DNA of 64,000 bases. It comes from the human T2T-CHM13v2.0 reference genome, Homo sapiens. Within the stretch, counting starts at the first letter, position 1, and each line of letters opens with the position of its first letter. Of this stretch, positions 1-18,490 are shown one piece after another. The stretch lies in NCBI RefSeq assembly GCF_009914755.1, contig NC_060926.1. One strand, written 5' to 3'. The translations under genes were made by a program, and so were the position numbers. The notes below the pieces were generated by a model that saw only the letters and a program-made list of their open reading frames with translations, searched no databases and was not told the DNA's origin.

Positions 1-153
1 AAGTGGCCCTAGCAGTTTCATAAATCAGAATTCAATTTAGGGTTCTATGTGAAAAGTTAATTTCATCCCATGGCAGCACAGTGGAAAAAAACAATTTCTA
101 CATGTCTGCAAAAAACGTTTTTATTTTCCCAAGATCAAAAACAAGCACTGACA

Positions 154-292
154 GGCTGGGTGCTGTGGCTCACACCTGTAATGCCCTCACTTTAGGAGGC
201 TGAGTTGGGAGGATTGCTTGAAGCCAGGAGTTGAAGACCAACTTGGCCAAGGTAGCCAGGCCCCATCACTTAAAAACAACAACAACAACAAC
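154..292 (+). mobile_element. FLAM/AluJ-type monomer
   Basis: GGCTGGGTGCTGTGGCTCACACCTGTAAT...GGAGGATTGCTTGAAGCCAGGAGTT; single arm with (CAA)n tail. Confidence 0.85.
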
Positions 293-574
293 CAGTGTTA
301 ATGGTCTACCTGCTGGGCCCTCCAAAAACTTAGGGACATTATCTGATGTACCTGTGTTTTCACAGTATTTACTATTAAATGAAGGTAAAGAGTGGCTTCT
401 GGTTGGTTAAAAAACAGTTGAGAAGGAGATATTGAAGGTTGTCAATGGGTAATAAAACCTGGTTTTAATACTATCCTGGGACCCTCTGGTGGAGGCAAGG
501 AAGGATTCCTGTGGTCTCTCTGCAGATGTTTTGCTAAATGAAACCCTGCAACCTGGAACTTCAAAAGTATCTCA

Positions 575-870
575 AGACTGGGCGCAATGGCTTATGCCTG
601 TAATCCTAACACTTTGAGAGGCTGAGGCCAGGGGATTGCTTGAGGCTGGGAGTTCGAAACCAGTGTGGGCAATACAGTGAAACCCCGTCTCTACTAAAAA
701 TGCAAAAATTAGCCAGGGGTGGTGGTGTGTGCTTGTAGTCCCAGCTACTGGGGAGGCTGACAAGATCACTTGCACCCAAGAGGTGGAAGTTACAGTGAGC
801 CAAGATCACACCACTGCACTCCAGCCTGGGCGACAGATTGAGACGCTATCTCAACAACAACAACAACAAA
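575..870 (+). mobile_element. Alu (J-type) inserted in the ABCG2-like pseudogene
   Basis: Dimeric Alu with (CAA)n tail; TSD AAAAGTATCTCA (563-574) / AAAGGTATCTCA (871-882). Confidence 0.92.
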
Positions 871-1931
871 AAAGGTATCTCAGATTATGTAGTCTCAGAT
901 GGTATAGCGATGGGAGCGATGGTTAAGGAAAAAATTTTCAGCAGCCCTTCGGCTGTCAACAAGTATAAACAGTCAGGCAAGAAACAAACAAAAAAACAAA
1001 AACAAAAAAACAAACACACATTAACAAAACCATTCAAGAGGTGGCCTTCAGCAAAATTAGCAGACTCCAATGTAGAAAACCAGGTCATTTGGGGTGTGTC
1101 TGGAGGACAGAGAAAGAAGCCCAGCATTGCAATGGAGGTGATGAGAGCTATAACTGTTCTGTTTCTGGATGAGCCCACCACTGGCTTAGATGTTAGCACA
1201 TCAAATGCACTTCTTCTCCTGAAGATGACAAGGCAGAGAAGGCCCATCCTCTTCTCCATTCCTTAGCCCTGTTAGGCCATCTTCAAACCTTTTGATAGCC
1301 TTACCTTGCTGGCTTCTGGAAGGGTGATGTTCCATGGGTCCTGTATAAAAAACTTTGAAATATTTTGCTCTGCGAGTTACCAGTGTAAATCCTATAAAAA
1401 CTCTGCTGATTTCTTCACACATGTTAATAGAGGCTCCTCTGCTGTGACCTTAAATAGGAAGCAAGGAGGTGAGAAACCTGGGGAACTTGAAAAGCCTCCC
1501 AAACAGGATAAACAATGAATAGAGGAATTAGCTGAATTTTATGTCAATTGTTCTTTCTACAGGGAAACGAAATATGAATGTAATGAACTCTCAGTAGGTG
1601 AAAAAAGGAGTGAACTTTCTTTGATCATCAACTCAGGTGGGTGTCCAAATGTTTATTCAAAAATTGGTTTGGTGAGCATCAAGACTCCATTCCTGAAATA
1701 AGAGCCCCAGTTATCAGACTGGGGCATCCAGGTTCTTTACTGTGGTTTAAACAATAGCCCTGCAGGAATTTATAATAGAGGTGGCTTCCTGTTCTATTTG
1801 TCCTGCAACCAATGCCTGAACAATGTCTCAGTGGTATTTCTTCTGGTTCTTGAAAAAAAGCAGTCTGTGCATGAGTCTACCAGTGGCTATTTTAGAGTAT
1901 CATCGTATTTCTTTGGAAAGCTGATATCTGA

Positions 1932-2327
<396 letters not shown>

Positions 2328-2355
2328 GGCATCTTTCTTTTTTAAGATGCCTCCC

Positions 2356-2657
<302 letters not shown>

Positions 2658-3068
2658 GATGTCTCACTCGTAAGGCTTGCACTGACCTCCAGTGCCTTGG
2701 CTCTGGCTCTCGTTGCAGGTCAGAGTGACCCCCTTGGGCTACCCTTCTCTTGACTTTCCCTTTAGCTGATGAAAATTATTTCAGCCCTCTGCGTGAATCT
2801 CAGAACCAGTAGGCCTTGGTTTTCCTGGATCCAGTATATAAGCATTCCTCAATACAACCATAGAGGCTTGCAACATAATGACTTTATGGACCAAAGCTTT
2901 AGACTCGGAATACATGGGCTACACACACACAAAACCAAGGCCTGTGGATATGCCATGTGTTCTGGGGAAGACTTTTTACAAAACCAAAGAATTGAGTTGT
3001 CCTCTTGGGGTCTATGAAGGAGTCATCTGGCCTTGGCATGTGTGATGGTGATTTTCTTAATTGCCTAC

Positions 3069-3421
3069 TAATATGGTTTGGCTGTTCCCCCACCCAAATC
3101 TCATCTTGAATTGTAGCTCCCATAATTCCCACGTGTTGTGGGAGGGACCTGCTTGGAGGTAATTGAATCATGGGGGTCGGTCTCTCTCATGATAGTGAAT
3201 AAGTCTCATGAAATCTAGTGGTTTTATAAAGGGGAGTTCTCCTGCACACGCTCTCTTGCCTGCCTCCACGTAAGACGTGCCTTTGCTTTTCCTTTGCCTT
3301 CTGCCATGATTGTGAGGCCTCCCTAGCTACGTGGAACTGTCAGTCCACTAAACCACTTTCCTTTATACATTACCCAGTCTCGGGTATGTCTTTATTAGCA
3401 GTATGAGAGCAGACAAATACA
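3069..3421 (+). mobile_element. THE1 (probably THE1B) MaLR solo LTR
   Basis: T(A)ATATGGTTTGGCTG..CCCCACCCAAATCTCATCTTGAATTGTAGCTCCC...AATACA; 5-bp TSD CCTAC (3064-3068 / 3422-3426). Confidence 0.92.
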
Positions 3422-3449
3422 CCTACCTAAAATTAAGCATTCATACGCT

Positions 3450-3938
3450 GTGTGTAGCAGATATCTCTGGAACCCCATATACCATGCTTTCAATCCCCTC
3501 TTCAATTTCAGCCCCAGCTGTAGTGTACAGTTTCCAGTGAGCTCAGACCACCTGGCACTGACGATGACTCACTGAAGCCTGCTCTGCCTGCTTTCTGCTC
3601 TGGGGCATTCTCTGAACTGAGGGGATGTTGGGCCTCTCCCCTCCTCTAAGCACAGCTTAAAAATAGAGAAGGATCAGTGTCCTGGGGACCATCTTCAACG
3701 AATGAGAAATGTGAGCCAGCTGATGAATAATCTCTCTTCTCCTTCAAGTGGAGAATTCTGGAAGACATTTGCTTCTTTCTCAGGAGGTTCTAGTGGAATC
3801 AATTTCCCATTGCCCACGAATGACCTTCCAAACCTTTCCTCCCTCCATTTGCCCGCCTGTTCCTGGCTTCTGAGAGTAACTCACAAATAAATTATCTGCA
3901 TCTGAGGCTCTACTTTCAAGGGAACCCAAGCTAAGATG
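3450..3938 (+). mobile_element. Old ERVL LTR (LTR16-like)
   Basis: 3' end CAAATAAATTATCTGCATCTGAGGCTCTACTTTCAAGGGAACCCAAGCTAAGA resembles the LTR16 terminus. Confidence 0.6.
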
Positions 3939-4084
3939 CTGAGAAACAAGATGCTTGATTTGTTTTAAGGAGTCACTGTGGAATTTGTAGTGGTGCTAGC
4001 CTCCATTAAAGTTGTGGTTTATTCTTTTTTTTTAGTGAAGCTCTGTAATACCTCAGTATATGATAAAGCCTGTATGGAAACTAT

Positions 4085-4574
4085 TGTAGCAGGATGAGCC
4101 ACAGACGAAACTCCCCAGACACCGGATTAAAGAAGGAAGTGGTTTATTCGGCCCGGAGCGTCAGCAGACTCGCGTCTTTAAGAGCCGAGCTCCCCGAAAA
4201 AGAAATTCTTGGCCTTTTTAAAGGCTTACAACTTTAAGGGGACCACGTGAAAAGGTCGTGATAAATCGAGCAAGCGCGGGGAACGTGACTGGGGGCTACA
4301 TTCATCAGCTAACTGAACAGGAAGTTTTGCAATGCTTTTTCATACAGTGCCTGGAATTTACAGGTAACACAAGTAGTTTAGGTCAGGAGTTGATGTCATT
4401 ATTATTACTTTTTTTTTTAACTCCTAGGGCCGGGTGGTGGTGCCAAGGTTGTCTGGCTATTTATCTTACTTCTGTTTCTTTCCCACTTTTTGCTTTCTCA
4501 CTTTCCTCCTGTCTTGTGAACTAGGCAAGGTGAGGAAAAGAGGGCAGCAGGAGTAATAGTGGTCTCCTTCCTTA
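4085..4574 (-). mobile_element. LTR2B (HERV-E family) solo LTR
   Basis: Minus strand starts TAAGGAAGGAGACCACTATTACTCCTGCTGCC and ends TCCTGCTACA; 4-bp TSD CTAT (4081-4084 / 4575-4578); CpG retained. Confidence 0.85.
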
Positions 4575-4741
4575 CTATGGCTTCTATTACTGTCTGAAAG
4601 AAACTAAAGTGTGGGCTAATGGTATGTACTATGATCCATTTGATAATTGATATCAACTTTGAGGAGGAAATGAGGAAGATTATATTGACCTAGGGAAGGG
4701 GGGTCTGATTTCTATTTCCAGCTTCAGTCTTTATAGTTTGA

Positions 4742-4989
<248 letters not shown>

Positions 4990-5178
4990 CATGAGCTTTA
5001 CCATTAATTATAAAAAACAGTTTTCATGCTTCCACAATAAGACTGTGTTTACATATAATTGTAATTATTTCTATGATAATGATTTATGTAAAATGAATAC
5101 GGCCTGTACCCCGTACTGCTTTGTTTTACAGATATTTGTGTGTGTTTTAACTATAATTTCACTTGAATTAAGATATCA

Positions 5179-5483
<305 letters not shown>

Positions 5484-5779
5484 AGATACTATGTTCTAGT
5501 ATTAAGTAGCTTCCACATAAGACCCTTGTCATATCTTTTCTGAAAAAAAAAAAAGTCTAAGACACTGTGACTCTGCTACACGCAGGAATTAGTACTCATT
5601 AGGATGTATCTGAGATATTTCAAAAGAATCGCTGAATAATAAATTCCAGTGCAATAAATAGCATTCTAATAAATTAGGTTTGAAATAATTTTGTAATGTT
5701 AATCTCATTTAACACATTTATTGACTGACCAAAAAACCTCCCAAACAATTTAAGTCACATTTTAGAAAGTTTTTTAAAA

Positions 5780-6089
<310 letters not shown>

Positions 6090-6591
6090 TAAAGGGACAA
6101 ATATGAAATGGTACATCGATCAAAATAAGCACAAGGAAATGCAATTCTAGTCAATATAAAGATACTAAAAATAGTTTATTTATGGCTATTAAATGGAGAA
6201 GAAAAGAGATCTGTGATTAAGACATGAGAGAGAGGGAGGAGAAGAGACAACAGGAGTGGAGGAAGGAGAAATGAACACAGACTATAGGGAACCAAGAGTA
6301 GTCGTAAAGAAAGAAAAAGCATCCATGGGCTGGGGTGCGTGTTAAGATGTAGGTACATGGAGAGTTCCTTTTTTGTTTTGTTTTGTTATCAGCTTTATTG
6401 AGATATAATTGACCTACCATAAAATGACCCTTTTTATGTAAACAATTCAGTGTGTTTTTAGTATATTTATAGGGTTGTGCAACCATCAACCATATGTATT
6501 TATAAATAAAAAATAAAAAACAAACCACATACCCCTTAGCAGTCACTCCCCAATCCCCTTCCCTTCCCTGGACACCACAACCCAGCCCTAG

Positions 6592-7080
<489 letters not shown>

Positions 7081-8280
7081 TGATTTGCCAGGTTTAATTT
7101 ATTTATATATCAGTTTATAACTTTTGGGCTGCTTCTACTTTTTTGGCTATTATGAATAATGCTGCTACAAACATTCACGTACACATTTTTGTGTGGACAT
7201 ATATTTTCATTTCTGTTGGGTGTAAACCTGGGAGTAGAATTGCTGGGTCACATGGTAACTCTCTAATTAACTATTTGAGGAATTGTCAAAGTGTCTTCCA
7301 AAATGACTGCACCATTTTTTTATTTCCATCAACAACATATAAGGATTCCAATTTCTCTACATCATTGCCAACACTTATTATTTGTCTTTTTGGTTATAGC
7401 TATCCTAGTGGATGTGAAGTGGTATGTCATGGTGGTTTTGATTTGCATTTTCCTACTTACTAAAAATTTTGAGCATCTTTTTATGTGCTTGTTGGACATT
7501 TATTTATCTTCTTAGGAGAAATGTCTATTCAGCTGTTTTCCTCATTTTTTAATTGGGTCACTCATCTTCTTCTTATTGAGTTGTAAGAGTTCTTTATATA
7601 TTCTCTATACAAGTAAATGTCCCTTATCATATATATGACTTGCAAATTTTTCCTTTCCTTTCTATGCGTTTTCTTTTCACATTCTTTATAGTGTCCTTTG
7701 AAGCATAAAAATGTTTAGTTTTGATTTGGTCCAGTTCGTTAATTTTTAATTTTATTGTTTGAGCTTTTGGTGTTGTATCTAACAAGTCATTGCCCAACCC
7801 AAGGTCATGAAGATTTTCTCCTATGTTTTCTTCTAAGAATTTCATGTTTTTAACTCTTACATTGAGATCTATGATCCATTTTGAATTAATTTTTATATAT
7901 AGTGTGAAGTAATGGTCTAACTTTATTCTTTTGCTGTGAATATCCAGTAGTTCCAGCACTATTTGTTGAAAAGACTGTTCTTCCCCCATTGAATGGTCTT
8001 GCCACCCTAACACAAAATCAGTTGACCATAGACATGGGGGCTTATTTCTCAATTGTATGCCATTGATGTGAACACTCATGCAATTTTCACATGTCTTGAT
8101 TTAGTGTGATTTTTTAGTAAATTTTGAAATCAGAAAGTGTGAGTCTTCCAACTTTATTCTTCCTTTTTGGGATTGTTTTATCAATTCAAGGTCCCTTGCA
8201 ATTTCACATGAATTTGAGTATTGGCTTTTCCATTTCTACAAAGAAGCCAGCCAGGATTTTAATAGAAATTGTGTTAAATA

Positions 8281-8593
<313 letters not shown>

Positions 8594-9114
8594 GAAATTG
8601 TGTTGAATAGAAGCGGTGAGACTGAACATCCTTGTCTTGTCCTTGATCTCAGGGAAAAGGCAGTAAGTCTTTCAACATTGAGTGTGCTATCAGCTATGAG
8701 GCAGTCATAGATGACCTTTATCAGGTTGAGATGTTCTCTGCTATTCCTAGTTTGTTGAGTGTTTTGTCATGAGAAGGTGCTGGATTTTGTTAGTTACTTT
8801 TCATATAGTTTTTATTTTTATTCAATTAATTTGTAGTATTACATTTCCTGGAATAAATCCCACTTGTTATGGTGTATGGTCCTTTTACTATGTTGTTTTG
8901 TTTTTGTGTTTGTATTCGGAAAGGACATTGGTCTGTTGTTTTCTTTTCTTGTGATGTGTTTATCTTATTTTGGTGTCAGGATAATACTGTCCTCATAGAA
9001 GAAGTTGAAGAGGGTTCCCTTCTCTTCTATACTTTGAAAAAGTTTGTGAAGAACTGGTATTAATTCTTATTTGAATGTTTTGTAGAATTAACCAGTGAAT
9101 TAATCTGGTCCTGA

Positions 9115-9478
<364 letters not shown>

Positions 9479-10189
9479 CAAATTTTCTATTTTCTTCTTG
9501 AATCAGGGTCAATAATTTGTGTCTTTCATCTCTATTCGTATCAGCTGTGAGGTGGTCATAGATGACTTTTATCAGGTTGAGAAAGTTCTCAACTATTCCT
9601 AGTTAGTTGAGTGTTTTTGTCATGACAACGTGTTGGATTTTGTCAGTTGCTTTTCAAATCATTTTTATTTTTTATTTGATTGATTTGTTGTATTACATTT
9701 CCTGGAATAAATCCCACTTGGTTATGGTGTATGATCTTTTTACTGTGCTGTCGGCATAGTAATTTTATTTGCATACAGTTTTTTTTTTTTTTTTTTTTTT
9801 TTTTACCTCCCTTTCCTTTGTTTGGTTTGGTCTAGTCAAGGCTTGTTAGTTTTGTTGATCTTCTCAAAGAACTAACTTTCGCATTCGTTGATTTCCTCTA
9901 TTGTTTTGCATTCTCTGTTTTATTTATTCCTGCTCTAATCTTCATTTCCCTCCTTCTGCATGCTTTGGGTTTAGCTTGCTCTGCTTTTCTCTAGTTTCTT
10001 AAGGTAGAAGTTTGGGTTATTGTTTTGAGATGTTTCTTTTTTTTTTTTTTTAATGTGAGTGTTTACAGCTATAAGTTTCCTTCTGAGGACTGCTTTTGCT
10101 ACATCCTATAAGTTTTGATATGTTGTGGACTTTTTTTTACATTTCAAAGTTGTTTTCTACTTTCTCTAGTGACTTTTCTTTTGACACAT

Positions 10190-10496
10190 TGTTGTTGTTG
10201 TTGTTGTTTTTTCCTTTGAGATGGAGTCTCTGTTGGCCAGGTTAGAGGGCAGTAGCGTGATCTCGGCTCGCTGTAACTTCTGCTTCCTGGGCTCATGCGA
10301 TTCTCCTGCCTCAGCCTCCCAAGTAGCTGGGATTACAGGCATGGACTACCACACCCGGCTAATATTTGTATTTTTAGTAGAGACAGGGTTTCACTATGTT
10401 GGCCAGTCTGGTCTCGAACTCCTGACCTCAGGCAGTCCACCCACCTCGGCCTCCCAAAATGCTAGGATTACAGGCATGAGCCACCACTCCTGGCCA
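10190..10496 (-). mobile_element. AluS
   Basis: (TTG)n tail; TSD GACACATTG. Confidence 0.9.
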
Positions 10497-10838
10497 GACA
10501 CATTGGTTATTTAGGAATATGTGGTTTCCTTTCTGTCTGTTACTGATTTCTGATTTAATTCCATTGTGGTTTGAATGTATACTTTATGTGATTTCAGTCG
10601 GTTTACATTTACTGAGACTTGTTCCATAACCTACCATATGCTTTATCCTAGAGAACATTCCATGTGCAACTATTCTGTTGATGTTGGATAGAGTAGTCCT
10701 TCGATGCCTGCTAAGTCTATTTGGCTTATAGTGTTGTTCAAGTCTTCTATTTTCTTGTGGATCTTCTGCCTAAATTTTATTAATTAGTGAAAATGTGGTA
10801 CCAAAGCTGTCAACTTTTATTGTTAAATTTCCTATTCT

Positions 10839-11108
<270 letters not shown>

Positions 11109-12096
11109 ATTTCCTATTCTTCCCTTCAATTCTGTCAGTTTTTGCTTTCTGTAGTTTGGGGTGCTACTGTTAGGTATATATATGGTTATAGGTTTTACAT
11201 CTTCCCAATGGGTTAATTTTGTGTTACCATGAAAGTCCCTTTTTATTTCCGGTAACATTAAAAAAAAATCTATTTTGTCTGATATAGGCATCACCAACTC
11301 CAGTTCTCTTTTGTTTACTGTTTGGTATACCTTTCTTTTGATCCTTTTACTTTCAACCTATTTGGGTCTAGTGGAGAGTTCTTATACTGCCTTAGGTTAG
11401 GGATTCATATTACATTATCATCATTAGTACTGTTATTTGACATTTGCTGTGCTGACTAGCTACTGCTGATAGGTTTTCTTTCCTCAACAATTCTGAGGCT
11501 CTATATTGAGTTATATTAGTACATCATCATGGAGAGTTAAAGGTAGGTAAGGATTATTTTCTGAACTGCAATATTGATTAAAGCCATGTGAATGTATAAG
11601 ATTCTTAGAAGAGTTGACATTAAATCAAGGTGAAGCTGAGGTTTGAGCCTTACTTAAAGGCTGATATTTTCCACTCTAACTGCGGACAGTACTGTAGCAC
11701 TGTTATAGTACCTGCTCTGAATGTTAGTCTAGCAACTCAGGGTCTTCTTCATGACAGCTGAACCTCAACCATGTGATGGTAAATGTGTAGCAGAGTATGC
11801 CTGGCATCCCACCTGCTCCTCCTCCCCCTCCTCCTTGACTGGTTCTGGAAAGCAAATAGGGTGTAACAATAGGAGTTCTGGAATGTTCCTGTGTGGGGCT
11901 GACCTTTGTATCGCTGTTAATCCTCTATTTTCAGACACAAAAATGATTAAGTTAAAACTGGATGAAAGTCTTTTCTGGGTCACAGGGCTGAGCTGCTTTT
12001 GCTCTTTGCAAATACAAAGAATTTAACAGGATTCTCCCCTTCTCAACTTCCTGTCCCCCACCCTGACCTTCGCACCTTCCCAATATGAGGAAAAAG

Positions 12097-12214
12097 CAGG
12101 AAGTTTTCCTTGCGGGTTTTTTTTATGATGACATGATGGGGCCAGTTGATCAATGGGGAAAACCCCATGTGGCAACACGCCTTCTGTGTACATTCCCAAT
12201 ATTTGCTATAAATA
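12097..12214 (+). promoter_or_regulatory. CCL20: CCL20 proximal promoter: ETS (CAGGAAGT 12097-12104), AP-1/CRE-like (TGACATGA 12129-12136), NF-kB (GGGGAAAACCCC 12155-12166), C/EBP-like (ATGTGGCAAC 12167-12176), TATA (TATAAATA 12207-12214)
   Basis: Motifs read directly; TATA about 30 nt before the expected TSS (about 12236); matches the known NF-kB/C-EBP/ETS inducibility of CCL20. Confidence 0.88.
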
Positions 12215-12305
12215 GGGCCATCCCAGGCTGCTGTCAGAATATAACAGCACTCCCAAAGAACTGGGTACTCAACACTGAGCAGATCTGTTCTTTGAGCTAA
12301 AAACC

Positions 12306-15476
<3,171 letters not shown>

Positions 15477-15955
15477 AAACTGTGGCTTTTCTGGAATGGA
15501 ATTGGACATAGCCCAAGAACAGAAAGAACCTTGCTGGGGTTGGAGGTTTCACTTGCACATCATGGAGGGTTTAGTGCTTATCTAATTTGTGCCTCACTGG
15601 ACTTGTCCAATTAATGAAGTTGATTCATATTGCATCATAGTTTGCTTTGTTTAAGCATCACATTAAAGTTAAACTGTATTTTATGTTATTTATAGCTGTA
15701 GGTTTTCTGTGTTTAGCTATTTAATACTAATTTTCCATAAGCTATTTTGGTTTAGTGCAAAGTATAAAATTATATTTGGGGGGGAATAAGATTATATGGA
15801 CTTTCTTGCAAGCAACAAGCTATTTTTTAAAAAAAACTATTTAACATTCTTTTGTTTATATTGTTTTGTCTCCTAAATTGTTGTAATTGCATTATAAAAT
15901 AAGAAAAATATTAATAAGACAAATATTGAAAATAAAGAAACAAAAAGTTCTTCTG
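15477..15955 (+). promoter_or_regulatory. CCL20: CCL20 3'UTR with AU-rich elements (ATTTA at 15688, 15719, 15839) and a miR-21-5p 8mer site (ATAAGCTA 15737-15744)
   Basis: Motifs read directly; ATAAGCT is the reverse complement of the miR-21-5p seed AGCUUAU, followed by A. Confidence 0.85.
15931..15936 (+). terminator. CCL20: Polyadenylation signal AATAAA
   Basis: AATAAA followed about 20 nt later by GU/U-rich sequence (TGTTGATTGAGTTTT). Confidence 0.85.
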
Positions 15956-17109
15956 TTGATTGAGTTTTATATCATTTTTATGATGTGTATTGAAACCATT
16001 TCCAGGCACAGAAAATATAAGAATTTTCTGAGAAATTATATCCTCCACTTACTTCTAGTTGTTCCCTTTATCTCGGCCCCTCATGGCCCTGGACTTGATT
16101 TTACATGAATTATAATGGAACAGTTGTTCTTTTTTTTCTTTAATTCAAAGTCGTCCAGATTAAAAGTTGAAAAAGATCCTATATCTGAGATTCATAACCC
16201 AATGTTTATTGATTTAAGAAAACTGTTTAAAATAAGAAACCATGCCCACACACCTTTTGACTACAGGGACACAACAACCATTTAGAATATACCTTCAGGC
16301 ATCACTTCTTCCATCCTTCTGTCACCAGCCAGGATCTCAGCATACGAACATTTCTCCATTTAAAAGTCCTCCTGAGTCATCTTTAAGCAGTTTCCGAAAG
16401 GAAAATGACTATTCAGAGAGTTCTTAGTGGCTGCCTTGCTAACCAGCGGGGAGCCCCCAGACGTGTGAAACCTGGTAAGAGCCCAGCAATCAGGATGAAA
16501 AGACTCTGAACCAGTAGTTACTATCACTACATTCATGCATCAAGGTTCACAGAGTGCCTCGGATTCCAAAGGACACACAGGATCACTGGAGGCAGGCATG
16601 CTGATGATATGATGCAAAATCAAGACACATAAACCCATAAAGTAGGGCAGTGGTGGGTCACTTGATGTGGAGCCAAAAAAGAGTAAGTGGCTCAATAGTC
16701 CCCAAGGGCGTCTGCATCCTCAGGAACAGCAACATTGAATCATCAGGGAAAGTATGCTCAACATCCTGTGTGTTGATTCATCATCACACATAGGTTCAGT
16801 ATGTGCTGGGCACCGTGCCAAGTGCTAGAGAGAAGAAGTGACTTAAAACTTAATAACTTGCTGCTAGATATTTAAGGCTGAGCAATGTGGCGAGAGGCAG
16901 GAATGAGTAAAGCAGCTCTTACAACACTTGGTGGTAAGCACTTTAATAATGAAATCATTGGGCATCATTCGTGAGGGCTTCCAGAAGAAGTACTATGCAG
17001 TTGAATCACATTAAGTAGCCAATATTTGATGTCATTGACCTGAGAAGATGACAATTTCACAAGATTCAGCCCAATACTTGTGGTATGAAGAATCAGTAGG
17101 AAGTAGCTA

Positions 17110-17305
17110 GTTGGAAAAGGGACAGCAGGAAGTGTTTGGAAATATCTGCGGGCATGTGTAGTTGTCACAATGTCTGAGGGTGAGTACAACAAGCATTCAG
17201 AGGGTAGGAGCCAGGGTTGCTAAACTCACTAGAATGCAACGGATGGTTCTGCACAATGAAGAATTGTCCCACCCCAAACGCCAATCGCGCCACCCTTGAG
17301 CAATA
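17110..17305 (+). mobile_element. MER20-like hAT DNA transposon fragment
   Basis: TTTGGAAATATCTG..GTTGTCACAA..GGAGCCAGGGTTGCTAAAC..AAGAATTGTCC. Confidence 0.6.
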
Positions 17306-18177
17306 CCGGATGAAGAGGAGTATATGCAAGTGGGGCAGGGGTGGAGTAGCTGCAGATTAAGTTAAACTGTTATCTCAACTACGTGTGGTGGTTTGGGCTT
17401 GACCATGGAGCCCTTGGGAAACCACTGTAAAGGTCAAAATACATGTTGTCTCTGCACGGCAGAGGAAAGGGAGGTGGGGTGGATGGAAAGCAGAGGTACC
17501 AGAGACAGCTGCAATGAGGAGGCTGAGAAATGGTGAACTTCAGTCACAGCCACGGCAAAAAAAAAAAAAAAAAAAAAAGGCAGAAGAGGTGGGATTGTGA
17601 AGCCTGGGACTTATCCCAGACACCCCTTCTCTCCTCCCCATCAGTCACTGTTGGAACAGCACAGTCAAAGCAAGGCATTTTCAGGGGGCAGCAGATTTGT
17701 CTCATTGCTGGAAGGCCTCAGCAGGTAAGGCTTGTAGAGTCAGGAAAGGAGAAAATTTTGTTAGCACTCTGAAGCTGTCTGAATCTTTTGAGGCCAGGAC
17801 TACTAATAAGTATTAAGTGAGTTTCTGAAGACTGAAATCTCCAGGCTGGAATGCCAATTTATTAATCAACAACGAAAGCATCCAAGCGTCAAGTATGCGG
17901 ACACAAGCACATGGCTAGATTAGGGAAGCAAGCTACCTGAGCAGTCAAATTGGAATCACAAAGCTGGTTTGTTAAGGCTGGGATCAGAGAGCAGGGCCTC
18001 AGCTATGTAATTTGAATATTTAATGCTCTAGTTTTCACTGGATTAAATATGATCTTAGATTAGGGATGCCACTCCCAATTCACAGCTCTCTCTCTCTCTT
18101 TTTTTTTTCATTTTGGAAAAAAAGCCTATTTACTTTTTAATTGAAGTATAATTTATATGCAGTAAGATACACAAATC

Positions 18178-18490
18178 TTTTTTTTTTTTTTTTTTTTTTT
18201 TTTTTGAGATGGAGTCTTGCTCTGTCACCCCGGCTGAAGTGCAGTGGCATGATCTCGGCTCACTGCACTGCACCTTCTGCCTCCTGGGTTTAAGCAATTC
18301 TCCTGCCTCAGCTTCCTGAGTAGCTGGGATTACAGGCGTCCACCACCACACCTGGCTAACTTTTGTATTTTTAGTAGAGACAGGGTTTCTCCATGTTGGT
18401 CAGGCCGGTCTCGAACTCCTGACCTCATGATCTGCCCAACTCGGCCTCCCAAAGTGTTGGCACTACAGGTGTGAGCCCCCTCACCTGGCC
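18178..18490 (-). mobile_element. AluS within an old L1 fragment
   Basis: Long poly-T; TSD AGATACACAAATC. Confidence 0.9.

Noticed and set aside
838-1518. ORFs 838-1266 and 1306-1518 with ABC motifs as a functional ABC transporter gene
   Set aside because: They are fragments of the pseudogene: the first starts inside an Alu, lacks an in-frame Walker A and ends at a premature stop
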